IMG/VR virus record: IMGVR_UViG_3300013132_006127
Origin: a virus
Strand: one strand, 5' to 3'
Length of the DNA: 64,000 bases
In this document: positions 30,443 to 40,009 of the stretch, piece after piece
Layout of the letters: each line of letters starts with the position of its first letter
Position numbering within the stretch: position 1 is the stretch's first letter
Notes under the pieces: model-generated
Told to the model about the DNA's origin: nothing
Database searches by the model: none
What the model saw: only the letters and a program-made list of their open reading frames with translations
Translations under genes and position numbers: made by a program

Positions 30443-31099
30443 TTATTCGTACTTATTATTTTCTAGTCTAAAATTAATAAAAGGATTAATACTGTGGACA
30501 TTGATACCAAGAGATCTTATTTTTTCACATATTTTTATGGTACTAGAATCTAGTGTTTTTACCCATTTTTTATATTCGTCCCAATTATCCTGCCAGATCT
30601 CTTTGATATCAGTATAATAATCATCAAAATTCATTTTATTATTAAGTAATCCGTGATCCGCCCCCACCAATAATATGTTGCGAGCACCTAAATAATATGC
30701 AAAATGTATACCTGTTGTTACGGTCGAGTGACTAACACATAAATAGCTTTCTTTATCAAAAGCAGATAAGTCTATATCTTCTTTGTTTGGTAAATGATCG
30801 TACACACATAAGTTTTGAATGTTTTTATATTTAGATATATCAATTTCTTCATAATATGCTGCGTGTTTTTTAGATACTAAAATGATTCCCTGGTAATTAT
30901 CTAATGTTTGTTGTAATAAATTATGATCTTTTTTAACTATGTATTTTGTATTGTATTTTTTGTATACCTGGTTAATTCCAACTGTTATTTTGTCATAAAA
31001 AAATGACGGGTCTACATAGTCACAGCTTGGTCCTGATCCTATGACATAAATATCTTTTCCTGTATGTATGTTGTGTAAATCTTTTAAATTGATTGTCAT
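30443..31099 (-). CDS. Maf/DUF115-like (MAF_flag10) putative nonulosonic-acid transferase
   Basis: IYVIGSGPS, GIN, STV...FAYYLGARNILLVGADH. Confidence 0.7.
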   Translation of the reverse strand: MTINLKDLHNIHTGKDIYVIGSGPSCDYVDPSFFYDKITVGINQVYKKYNTKYIVKKDHNLLQQTLDNYQGIILVSKKHAAYYEEIDISKYKNIQNLCVYDHLPNKEDIDLSAFDKESYLCVSHSTVTTGIHFAYYLGARNILLVGADHGLLNNKMNFDDYYTDIKEIWQDNWDEYKKWVKTLDSSTIKICEKIRSLGINVHSINPFINFRLENNKYE

Positions 31100-31519
31100 T
31101 TATTCACCCGGCACACCTAGTACGCTCCTTAACAGAAAAATTGCTCTATCAAGAAAAATTCTTTCAGAACCATGATCTGCTTTATTATAATCCGAAAGAA
31201 AATTTTGAATAGTTGTTGTCATTAAAAGGTTTATCTTGTCTATACTATTTAAAGTTTTATCATCAATGAATAAATCATATACTGGTTTGTCGCACCTTAA
31301 TTCATGATACTTGCAATTCCACAAATTTAATTGATTTTTTGTTAAATTATAATAGTCAGCTCCAGAACCAACTCCCCTAGCTGTCCAATAAACAATATGG
31401 TGTCCGTCATCATATAGCTTATTAATTTTTTCTATATATTCCACAATTGGCTCACAATTTTGATAATCATAACCATTAGTTTTAGTTATAGTGTTATCTA
31501 TATCTACATATATTATCAT
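31100..31519 (-). CDS. HAD-superfamily phosphatase (capsule-biosynthesis type)
   Basis: VDIDNT, WTARG, KP..DLFIDDK. Confidence 0.85.
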   Translation of the reverse strand: MIIYVDIDNTITKTNGYDYQNCEPIVEYIEKINKLYDDGHHIVYWTARGVGSGADYYNLTKNQLNLWNCKYHELRCDKPVYDLFIDDKTLNSIDKINLLMTTTIQNFLSDYNKADHGSERIFLDRAIFLLRSVLGVPGE

Positions 31520-32148
31520 AATAATTTTTTAATTAACTCCAAATCTTCCATAGTGTCTATTTGAAAACTTCTATAAAATGGCATTTCTACCATTCCTATT
31601 TTGCCACTATATCTTAGTTTAGAATCTAATAAAGATTTTTTTGTTGTTATATAAAACGCCCCATTTTCTACATATTTTGCTGGCATGTCTTGTCTCATTG
31701 GTCTATCATTCATGTTCCAATTGTCTGGAGATTTGTCCATATTCCATCTTGGAATCCAATGTTCTTTATAAACACTGAAAATACTATCATAATCGGCCAT
31801 CATGCTCAAACCTTTATTAATATCTTCTGGCAATAACAATGGAGATGTCGGTTGTATAAAGACAAGTATATCGAAATCAATATTATTTGCAAAATGAATT
31901 AACGCCTCTTCGCTTTTGTTTTTATCACCAGATATTTCCTTTGGTCTGTCTATAACTTTTGCTCCATATTGTTTAGCAACAAAGGCTATGTTCTTACAGT
32001 CGGTACTAACCCAAACATCATTAGCTATTGATCCGATAGTAGTTTTGATAGTATAAGACAAAAGGGGTTTACCATTTATATTGGTAATGTTTTTATTTGG
32101 TATACCCTTGCTGCCGCCTCTAGCTAGTATTATTGTTTTGATATTCAT
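31516..32148 (-). CDS. neuA: CMP-nonulosonic acid synthetase (acylneuraminate cytidylyltransferase)
   Basis: ARGGSKGIPNKN, GKPLL, VSTD, QPTSP, ENGAFY, IDT..DL. Confidence 0.93.
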   Translation of the reverse strand: MNIKTIILARGGSKGIPNKNITNINGKPLLSYTIKTTIGSIANDVWVSTDCKNIAFVAKQYGAKVIDRPKEISGDKNKSEEALIHFANNIDFDILVFIQPTSPLLLPEDINKGLSMMADYDSIFSVYKEHWIPRWNMDKSPDNWNMNDRPMRQDMPAKYVENGAFYITTKKSLLDSKLRYSGKIGMVEMPFYRSFQIDTMEDLELIKKLL

Positions 32149-32151
32149 TTT

Positions 32152-33201
32152 TTAAAATTTAGATAACAGTCTTTTGTAGTCGTTTTTACATTTTTCTGAT
32201 AGTTTTTTTGATTTATTAAATAATTTTTCATGTATTGATTTGTTGTCAATATAAAAATCTATTAATTTAAAAATTTCTGATAGACTATTTGAATTTATTT
32301 CGAATGATTTTGGATTGTCATATTCTAGCATTTTTTGTAAATAGGTTGTTTTATTTGAATTGCTAATAAAATGAATACAAGGACAACCCCCTATCGAGGC
32401 CATTATAGACGGATGAAATCTTCCAGAAATAAATAATTTTGCACTACTTAAAATTTCAAAACCTTTTTCTACTTTTGTGGATAACGGTATTAATTCTAGA
32501 TTATTATCTAAAGAAAAATTTTTTAACCAATAATCCCTTCCACAAGTTTGAACTATTTTAATAGATAGGTGTGGATAATTTTTTGATATATATTGTGTTA
32601 TTTCTTTATAAATGTTATATTTTGTTTGTACATCTTGTTGTAAATGCGTGGGATAAGAACCTCCGCTAATACAGATATAATTTTCTTTTTTAATTTCTTT
32701 TATTTTGTCTGACCATATGAATAAAGCATCAGGAACATAAAAAACATTAGATAATTCAGGCAAAAAAGAAATAGAAGAATCGTCTCTAACTGTAATTAGA
32801 TCACATTTAGCCCAAAGATTTAAAGCTCTATTATAAGTATCTTCGTTTAGTCCGGTAGCTGGGCATTTAGAGATCATAGTATTTAAGTATAACACTTTTT
32901 TATTTTGTCTCAAAGCATATTCAATTATATCTAAATGTATTTTAAATTCTACTCTTTCTGGCGAACTAAAGATGGGGGAACCCTCTCCATTTATTATTAT
33001 AATATCGTTTTTTGTTATTATGTTTTTTAATAATTCTATTTTATGTAGATTTTTTTTTAACATTTCTTTATTACCAAGTTTTGTTACGCTGTTAATGTTT
33101 TTTATGTTATCTTCGATAAGTTCTCCTAGACATTTTGGGGTAGATAAGCAACCCCAGTTCTCACTACAATTTGAATTGCATCCAAAATAAGCTATATTCA
33201 T
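32152..33201 (-). CDS. Polysaccharide pyruvyl transferase-like
   Basis: NWG, INGEG, TVRD, PDALF, SGRFH. Confidence 0.78.
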   Translation of the reverse strand: MNIAYFGCNSNCSENWGCLSTPKCLGELIEDNIKNINSVTKLGNKEMLKKNLHKIELLKNIITKNDIIIINGEGSPIFSSPERVEFKIHLDIIEYALRQNKKVLYLNTMISKCPATGLNEDTYNRALNLWAKCDLITVRDDSSISFLPELSNVFYVPDALFIWSDKIKEIKKENYICISGGSYPTHLQQDVQTKYNIYKEITQYISKNYPHLSIKIVQTCGRDYWLKNFSLDNNLELIPLSTKVEKGFEILSSAKLFISGRFHPSIMASIGGCPCIHFISNSNKTTYLQKMLEYDNPKSFEINSNSLSEIFKLIDFYIDNKSIHEKLFNKSKKLSEKCKNDYKRLLSKF

Positions 33202-33225
33202 TTTTCACCTATTTGTTAGTTAATA

Positions 33226-34368
33226 TTACTTCAATAAATCTTCAATAGTATTAAAATAAAACTTAGTTTTTTCTTTGGAATCCTCACTGAACAACTTTAT
33301 TTTTTTTCTAATTTCTACTTCATTTTTGAGTGTTGTATCTAAATCATACAATAATTCATTAAGTTTATTTGGTAATTCTTCAATTCTGTAAAACGAGCTT
33401 GGAAGTTCAGTCATACTATGTAAAGCACGGGTTTTATGACTATCTGTTCCGAATAATACACAAGGAGTTCCTGATAGTGAGGCTAATATAGAAGCGTGCC
33501 ATCTGCCGGATACAAAAGCTCTAGAATGAGCAAAAATGGATGCCAACTCTTCGAAAGTGGTATTTTCAACCGAAATTCTAACAATTTGCATTTCATCACA
33601 CAGTTTTTTCAAAATATCAGACGATATAGGAGCATTACCATCAACAAGTACCACTTGGCCATAACGGTTTTGTATTTCAAGAATCATTTTCTTGTAAAAA
33701 TCTTTAATTGACCAATCAACATAACCAGAAGACGCTGAGTCTCCTATACAGACATATGGTTTATTAAAATCTATTACTTTAGAAAATTTATTAATTAAAG
33801 ACAGATTAACAGTATAGCTAAATAAAGCGTCTGGGATATATTTTGATTTTGAAAATCCTATATTTTCCAAAACTTTAACGGAAAAGGGATCACGAACAAG
33901 CACGTCTTTACACAAAGGATAAATGTTCCTAATCATCTCTTTAGGCTCTTCTTGATCAGGATCTACTATGTGATTGATAATTGAGCATGGTTTATTGAAA
34001 TATTTAGTTGTTAAATACATCAAAAAAAGAATATATCTAGCTCCTGGCCTGTAATCTCCTCCTTTATTGTGAATATTATGCACAATATTACCTTCGCCAT
34101 TGACACAAACAGCATCACAATCTTGCAATAGTCTGTATTCGGTTTTCATGATATCACCATTAATTACTTTTTTTGCATGATTGTCAAAATCTTTAAACTG
34201 TGTAGGAACAGGCTCTTTGAAAAATGAAGGCTGATCAATTATGGAAAGGTTTTGATCTCCTACGATTTTTTTAGTAATTGTTATCAAAGATGTTGAAGTG
34301 GCTATAGCACCAAAATTTTTACACGGTCTATAATCTCCCACAAGCAGTAGTTTTTTATCTTTTATCAT
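33226..34368 (-). CDS. Polysaccharide pyruvyl transferase-like
   Basis: NFGA, VNGEG, VRDPFS, PDALF, SGRWH. Confidence 0.78.
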   Translation of the reverse strand: MIKDKKLLLVGDYRPCKNFGAIATSTSLITITKKIVGDQNLSIIDQPSFFKEPVPTQFKDFDNHAKKVINGDIMKTEYRLLQDCDAVCVNGEGNIVHNIHNKGGDYRPGARYILFLMYLTTKYFNKPCSIINHIVDPDQEEPKEMIRNIYPLCKDVLVRDPFSVKVLENIGFSKSKYIPDALFSYTVNLSLINKFSKVIDFNKPYVCIGDSASSGYVDWSIKDFYKKMILEIQNRYGQVVLVDGNAPISSDILKKLCDEMQIVRISVENTTFEELASIFAHSRAFVSGRWHASILASLSGTPCVLFGTDSHKTRALHSMTELPSSFYRIEELPNKLNELLYDLDTTLKNEVEIRKKIKLFSEDSKEKTKFYFNTIEDLLK

Positions 34369-35125
34369 AAAGAACTTCCTTTACATATGCGTCAATTATT
34401 TCTTTTGGAAACAAATTTGTTGATCCTCCACCGAAGCGAGGGTTTATTTCAAATATAATGGGTTTGTCGTCCACTATTTTATAATCAAAACAACAAACGC
34501 CTCTAAAATTTATTTTATTTAATATTTCATCAAAAACTTTAACGTGCTTTTGTTCTAAATCAATCAGAGTACCACCACAGTGTTTATTGTAATTTAGCCC
34601 TTTAATAAATATGCTGTCTTCACATTTATATTTTACTGTTTTAATAAATTTAATTGTTGTATTGTATATAATATGGGTTGATAGCTCGTATTCGCCTTTT
34701 ATTGGTTCTTGACAAAAATGGTTTTTTGAGTTATGCCTATTAAATTCTTCTACGTTATTAATAATATAACTATCAAATCCGTAACCGCCTATATTCTTCT
34801 TTAATATAAATGGAAACTCATTATTACCTACAACTTTAAGAATATTATTTAGAAAATATTTTTGCATAAAATTTTGAAATTTAAATTTATTATTCAATAT
34901 ATCTATTGTGTTTGTGTCGTAACAAACTAAAGATTTATGGTTCAGCTTTTTTGTTATGCATTCTAAAATTTTGTCTATATGTAGCGGAATCACTACATCA
35001 TAAGATTCATAATTACGACTATTATTATCTATAGTTTCAATAACTATTTCAATATCGTCGTTGATATCTAGTTTAGTTTTTAGTCTTTGACACCAAACGT
35101 CGTGTCCAAAAATTAGTATTTTCAC
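34355..35125 (-). CDS. ATP-grasp ligase
   Basis: NNKFKF, PFILK, QEPIKG, FDYK, FEINPRFGG. Confidence 0.8.
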   Translation of the reverse strand: MKILIFGHDVWCQRLKTKLDINDDIEIVIETIDNNSRNYESYDVVIPLHIDKILECITKKLNHKSLVCYDTNTIDILNNKFKFQNFMQKYFLNNILKVVGNNEFPFILKKNIGGYGFDSYIINNVEEFNRHNSKNHFCQEPIKGEYELSTHIIYNTTIKFIKTVKYKCEDSIFIKGLNYNKHCGGTLIDLEQKHVKVFDEILNKINFRGVCCFDYKIVDDKPIIFEINPRFGGGSTNLFPKEIIDAYVKEVLYDKR

Positions 35126-35943
35126 TTTCTTAAACTCTCTCTTTTTAATTTTTCTCCATCGAACAAAATCCTTGGAGACGCCGGTTGTATCATGCTTGCT
35201 TCAATATCTCTGATGCCTTTTACCAACTTACATACACCAGAGGGCTCAAGACTACTAAGATGATCACTGCCCCACATACTATGATCTAAAGTTATGTGTC
35301 TTTCTACCCATGATGATCCTAAAACAACAGCGGCAAAAGTTGTTACCAATCCATATTCGTGTCCGCTGTATCCTATTTCTTTTTTAGGCCACTTTGCTTT
35401 TAGCCAAGTTATATATCTCAAATTCAGCTCATTTGTTGGGGCTGGATAGGTACTGTTGGTGTGCATTATAATATCTGGATCGCAGGCTTCAACACATTTT
35501 TCAACTTCTTCTTCTGTACTCATGCCTGTGCTAATTATGAGTTTATCAAAACTTTCTCTTGCATATTTACAAAGATCAAGATCGGTAATTAGAGCGGAAG
35601 GGATTTTTGTAATACTATTGTATTTTTTCATAACATCAACACTATCTTTATCCCAAACACTAGCAAAAAAAATTATTCCCAAATCTTCTGCATATTCATA
35701 CAATTCTTGTATTTGGTCATTGTTGAATTCTATTCTTTTTTTGTATTCAAGATATGTCATATCTCCCCAAGGGGTTGACCTTATTTTATTTTTTTGATCT
35801 TCTGGAACACACAAGCCTGGGTTTCTTTTTTGTATTTTTACATAATCACAACCAGATATAGAGGCTATAGAAATAAGCTTTTTAGCAATATCTAAATCTC
35901 CATTATGGTTAATGCCTATTTCCGATATTATCTTGGTGTTCAT
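35122..35943 (-). CDS. neuB: Nonulosonic acid (sialic/KDN-type) synthase, short form lacking the C-terminal AFL/SAF domain
   Basis: EIGINHNG, KIQKR, KIPS, STGMS, STYP, GYSGHE, ERHITLD, GSDH; 273 aa. Confidence 0.93.
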   Translation of the reverse strand: MNTKIISEIGINHNGDLDIAKKLISIASISGCDYVKIQKRNPGLCVPEDQKNKIRSTPWGDMTYLEYKKRIEFNNDQIQELYEYAEDLGIIFFASVWDKDSVDVMKKYNSITKIPSALITDLDLCKYARESFDKLIISTGMSTEEEVEKCVEACDPDIIMHTNSTYPAPTNELNLRYITWLKAKWPKKEIGYSGHEYGLVTTFAAVVLGSSWVERHITLDHSMWGSDHLSSLEPSGVCKLVKGIRDIEASMIQPASPRILFDGEKLKRESLRK

Positions 35944-36221
35944 AAACTCCTCACCACAAGATCATACAATCTTGCCTTAACAAAATCATTTTCTTCAACT
36001 TTTAAACTTTCTTTATATAGTCTAATTTTTTCTTCTTTTTCACTTATTAGATCAGCAAGTTTTATATACGGCCAAGCTTCTGTGGGTTCGTTCTCTAAAC
36101 ATTTATAAAAATATTGTTTCGCAGATTCTATTTCTTCAATTGATTTATTAGGATCAACTTGTTCATTATCATCAAAGCCTAATTTTATAGCTTTTAAACC
36201 TAACATTATCCAGGATTGCAT
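35940..36221 (-). CDS. Small TPR-like protein
   Basis: AKQYFYKCLENEPTEAWPYIKLA TPR-like pattern. Confidence 0.55.
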   Translation of the reverse strand: MQSWIMLGLKAIKLGFDDNEQVDPNKSIEEIESAKQYFYKCLENEPTEAWPYIKLADLISEKEEKIRLYKESLKVEENDFVKARLYDLVVRSL

Positions 36222-36225
36222 ATTT

Positions 36226-37155
36226 TTACCTTTTTACTAAAGTAGATTTATCTATATTTTTATATTTTTGTTCAACAACATTATCCAAATGATACCAATT
36301 TATACTACAATCAATTTCATTATAGTATCCATAAACATTTGGATCTTCCAACAAATAGCAATAGTTGTTGTAAATTTTTATCATACTAAAATATTGTTTA
36401 TTGGGCGCTTCAGAATTAAGAATTTTAATTATTTCATAATCAGGATAGAGAAAATTTAAATTTTGGTATTTATTTATGTATCCAAAAATTCTTTCCATAG
36501 AATGAGAGTACGTTCCAGAACGTCTATCGTCTACTTTGCCTTTTTCATTATACAGCAACGGTAGGATCTTGTCTACATTCTTTGTTATGTGGTCTTTTAG
36601 TATTATTGTCCTGCCCATAAACATATTACCAGCAGCGAAATCGGAATCCTTGACTATCTCATAATCTATATTTAGTTTGTTGCATAGTTCTCTGATTTTA
36701 GTTTTATTGCTAAATTCTCTATTATTCATCAACAAAACTCGATTACAAAGAAGTCCACCGTTATCAGTTTGTAGTATTTTTTGTATGTTGGATAAAAATA
36801 TTTTTTCTGATCCTATCAGATCGTTAAGAATAATTGTTCGCCAGTTAATGTGAAATTTAAAGCCCCAAGCGCTTTTTTTAGAGTGAAGCTTAACAAAAAC
36901 TGGTTCCTTAACAACTTTGAGCTGTCTTAAAAAAGGAGCAACATCCGCCCCGTAATTTTCATGAAAAGACAACTCATAATCAAAATCGTCAAAATCATTT
37001 AGGAGAGGATTATCTTTACACAATCCTATATATAGTTTGATATATTTAGATAATGGTAATAATAGTTCTTTAAATTCTGGCCAAAGATCAGTATGATACA
37101 AATATAAACAAACAGCAACTTTGTTATTTTGTAACCAATTTGTTGTACAGAACAA
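36226..37155 (-). CDS. RgpF (rhamnan synthesis protein F)-like glycosyltransferase
   Basis: YLYHTDLW, ENYGADVAPF, KLHSKKS, FAAGNMF, HSMER. Confidence 0.82.
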   Translation of the reverse strand: MFCTTNWLQNNKVAVCLYLYHTDLWPEFKELLLPLSKYIKLYIGLCKDNPLLNDFDDFDYELSFHENYGADVAPFLRQLKVVKEPVFVKLHSKKSAWGFKFHINWRTIILNDLIGSEKIFLSNIQKILQTDNGGLLCNRVLLMNNREFSNKTKIRELCNKLNIDYEIVKDSDFAAGNMFMGRTIILKDHITKNVDKILPLLYNEKGKVDDRRSGTYSHSMERIFGYINKYQNLNFLYPDYEIIKILNSEAPNKQYFSMIKIYNNYCYLLEDPNVYGYYNEIDCSINWYHLDNVVEQKYKNIDKSTLVKR

Positions 37156-37372
37156 GACTTATTACTCCGCCGGCTATTCCCATAAACAATCCTGCTGGGC
37201 TGAGAGCCTCGTACTGGCCCACTAGATATAGTATGGCGCCTCCCATGTATGATCCTGCTACTCCCAGAGCTACTGTTTTTAAAAAGCCAAAATTTTCTTC
37301 TCCCGGAACAATACTTTTAGCAATACTACCTACAAATAAACCATAAACACACCATACTAATAAACTAAACAT
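37124..37372 (-). CDS. GlsB/YeaQ/YmgE (transglycosylase-associated) membrane protein
   Basis: GLFVGSIAKSIVPG...ALGVAGSYMGG; three hydrophobic segments. Confidence 0.85.
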   Translation of the reverse strand: MFSLLVWCVYGLFVGSIAKSIVPGEENFGFLKTVALGVAGSYMGGAILYLVGQYEALSPAGLFMGIAGGVISLVLYNKLVTK

Positions 37373-37766
37373 TTGCTGCCCCCACTAGAGTAAAAGATTC
37401 ATCCTCCGTGAGATCAACACCGGTATCCAGTATAGCGTCTCTAAGCTGACTACCGTATAACTTGTAGTCTTCCGGACTTAGTTTTTCTTTGATTATTTTT
37501 TTAAGTCTCCATTTATTCAACAAAGTTCTAGATATGCACATGCTCTTAACTTGTTCATGAACAAATTTAGCTTTTTGATCCCTATTAAAAATAGAAAATT
37601 TACTAGAATTACATTCTTGAATAATTCTTACTAGTGTGAGAATAACACCAATAATCATAATTACAATTATAATATTTCCATATTTATCTTCTTTATTAGA
37701 CTTGGACAAATCCATTTTATCCATAACTTTCATAGCTATTGCTTCTAATTTTGGATCAACTGTCAT
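37365..37766 (-). CDS. Single-TM hypothetical protein
   Basis: IIIVIMIIGVILTLV hydrophobic stretch; GGAGA RBS. Confidence 0.65.
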   Translation of the reverse strand: MTVDPKLEAIAMKVMDKMDLSKSNKEDKYGNIIIVIMIIGVILTLVRIIQECNSSKFSIFNRDQKAKFVHEQVKSMCISRTLLNKWRLKKIIKEKLSPEDYKLYGSQLRDAILDTGVDLTEDESFTLVGAANV

Positions 37767-37811
37767 CTTTAAATCTCCATTGAATTTGGAATTGTCTTAT
37801 TTATATTACAC

Positions 37812-38042
37812 CTATTCCTCACAGTAACCACAATCTACTTTCTCTATACCGTCTCCGCTGATGTACCAACCCTTACCCTTACATACAGGACAATCTTTTC
37901 TTTGGTATTTAGACACTATTGGAGTGTCTTTGGCTTTTATATGAGCCCCCACAACAGTTACGACAGCAGTAGAGGAAACTTTAGTACCAAAAGAAAAAAG
38001 AGTAGAGAATGTTAAAAATCCCAACAAAACAAACTTATTCAT
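37812..38042 (-). CDS. Small exported protein with DnaJ-type Zn finger
   Basis: Signal-like N-terminus; CPVCKGKG...CGYC. Confidence 0.65.
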   Translation of the reverse strand: MNKFVLLGFLTFSTLFSFGTKVSSTAVVTVVGAHIKAKDTPIVSKYQRKDCPVCKGKGWYISGDGIEKVDCGYCEE

Positions 38043-38044
38043 AG

Positions 38045-38248
38045 TTATTCCTTATCTTTAATAATTGTGTCTATTTTTTTCCTAAGCCATGGAAATAGAG
38101 GTTTATCCGGTAAAGGAATAGGAATTGGAGAATCCGGTTTGGGTTTTTTCTCTTGTGGACGTAATAATCTCAATAAAGCTATTAATGCATCTACAATAGT
38201 TTTTATTAGACTAGTGAATATCCAACTATCTATTTTGTCTTGTTTCAT
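38045..38248 (-). CDS. Small Pro-rich hypothetical protein
   Basis: Amphipathic helix plus PKPDSPIPIPLP. Confidence 0.55.
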   Translation of the reverse strand: MKQDKIDSWIFTSLIKTIVDALIALLRLLRPQEKKPKPDSPIPIPLPDKPLFPWLRKKIDTIIKDKE

Positions 38249-39168
38249 AAATAATCAAATCCATAGTTTGGTAATTTTTGAAGTGGGAATCCTTCAAAGG
38301 AGCTAAAAGCAAAAGACCCACCTCCTCTTAGCATACCAGCAGCGACATCGGCTGTTATTAAGAATGATCCGTCTGGAATCTTACCCCACGCGGGATGACC
38401 ACCATCATTCCATTTACCCCAACTATTTTGTACCAAAAATAATGGTTCGCTTCCAGTGTCATCACAGGCAGTCCAAGCCATAGAATGACTCCAACCACCA
38501 CTAGGTCTTGCTACTCCTTTGTCATCCCTTGTTCTTGAGAAACCATAACCAGAACATACGTTTACTCCATAACCATTAGCTAAAGCATCTCTCGCTTCTT
38601 CAACTGTTCTAATATTGCTTACTGTTTTAATCTGATGCTTTTGAGCTAATTTTTTAACTTCATCTGGTACTCCAACGCTACCCCATCTACTACCAATACT
38701 ACTATTATACTTGCTAAGATCTATAATACCATTATAATTTTTACGTACTAGAAATCCACCAACATTATTTACAAACTCGGCGGCTCTACTACAACTCATA
38801 CCCTGACCACCATGACCACGACTACCGTAAATTGGTTCCGTTGCTCCTCTAGCAATCCATGCTTCTCTTTCATGTCCTATATGAATTTCTATTGCTCTAG
38901 TTATATCTACTGCGTTTCTAGTACCATGGCTTACGCAATCTCCAGTAGTTTGTCTTTCTTCATAAGCTAGTTTATCAAATTTTAATACGGATCTAAATGG
39001 TGTACTTAACTTACCTTTACCTGTTCCTCTAATTTTTTTGTCTGCATCGCTAAAGTAAGCATACTTAAGATGACTCATGAATTCTTCCATATGTTCCGGT
39101 TCATATATACAACCAGAAAATCCCTGACTATACATTTCATATAGTTTTTTAGAAGAATATTTAGGCAT
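38245..39168 (-). CDS. Papain-like C1 cysteine peptidase; start refined to MPKYS
   Basis: Q-TTGD-C (oxyanion Gln, catalytic Cys), SHSM (His), VQNSWG (Asn). Confidence 0.8.
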   Translation of the reverse strand: MPKYSSKKLYEMYSQGFSGCIYEPEHMEEFMSHLKYAYFSDADKKIRGTGKGKLSTPFRSVLKFDKLAYEERQTTGDCVSHGTRNAVDITRAIEIHIGHEREAWIARGATEPIYGSRGHGGQGMSCSRAAEFVNNVGGFLVRKNYNGIIDLSKYNSSIGSRWGSVGVPDEVKKLAQKHQIKTVSNIRTVEEARDALANGYGVNVCSGYGFSRTRDDKGVARPSGGWSHSMAWTACDDTGSEPLFLVQNSWGKWNDGGHPAWGKIPDGSFLITADVAAGMLRGGGSFAFSSFEGFPLQKLPNYGFDYL

Positions 39169-39169
39169 A

Positions 39170-39652
39170 TTAGTTAGACCCTTCTTTGCAAGCCCACGCC
39201 AAAGCTCTAAAAACATCAACGCTCTTTTTTCTTAGCTCTGGAGATAAAGCAGCATTATCATCTCCCAAATAAGATACGACCATAGCGTTTGCCGCTTCGG
39301 CAAGATTGGGATATTTATCTTTAATGCCGAGTTTTAACATATTTCCACTAATTCTATTGGCTTCTTTAATTTCTTCTGTATTTTTTACTACATCTTGATC
39401 TATTTCTATTAGAGTAGCTATATCATTATACAAATTCGCTAATACTAAACCGTCATTTCCACTATCATCTAAAGCTAGTATCACCGGTTGTGCAAGTTCA
39501 ACTAGTCTTGGATCTGATGGTTTTTCGAATACCGCCGAATTATTTGTTAGTATAGATATAGAACCTAGATTAGAACCGAAAAGACCAAGCAGTAATAATA
39601 CGCATCCTATAGCAAGTACAATAAAATTACTTTTGCTCTGTTGATGACTCAT
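39170..39652 (-). CDS. Membrane-anchored hypothetical protein
   Basis: N-terminal hydrophobic segment. Confidence 0.6.
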   Translation of the reverse strand: MSHQQSKSNFIVLAIGCVLLLLGLFGSNLGSISILTNNSAVFEKPSDPRLVELAQPVILALDDSGNDGLVLANLYNDIATLIEIDQDVVKNTEEIKEANRISGNMLKLGIKDKYPNLAEAANAMVVSYLGDDNAALSPELRKKSVDVFRALAWACKEGSN

Positions 39653-39995
39653 CCTTGCCCCCTTTGCATGTAACCGGACTTAGATGCGGAAACATCTGAT
39701 CAGCAGCTTCTACTGCTTTTTCACAACCAGATAAAACAGCTAAGTCCCTAGTTTTTTTCCATGCTGATACTAAGTTAAAAAATACATCTTCTTTGTTGCT
39801 TACCGAGCCAACACTCGTTTTTGGTAAAGAGCTAGCCCCTTTACTAATTAGATCCTTTACAAAGTTTGTGATTCCTCCCAGTCCTAATCTATCTTTTAAT
39901 AGAACCCATAGAATTAAAGCTGCCCCCGCATATAGTGCCAAATCCATGGTTGTTAATTTGCTACTAAATTCTTCAAAAGTCTGTGTAAAATTCAT
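39627..39995 (-). CDS. Single-TM hypothetical protein
   Basis: LALYAGAALILWVLL; AGAGG RBS. Confidence 0.6.
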   Translation of the reverse strand: MNFTQTFEEFSSKLTTMDLALYAGAALILWVLLKDRLGLGGITNFVKDLISKGASSLPKTSVGSVSNKEDVFFNLVSAWKKTRDLAVLSGCEKAVEAADQMFPHLSPVTCKGGKDESSTEQK

Positions 39996-40009
39996 TTGAA
40001 AATCCTCTC

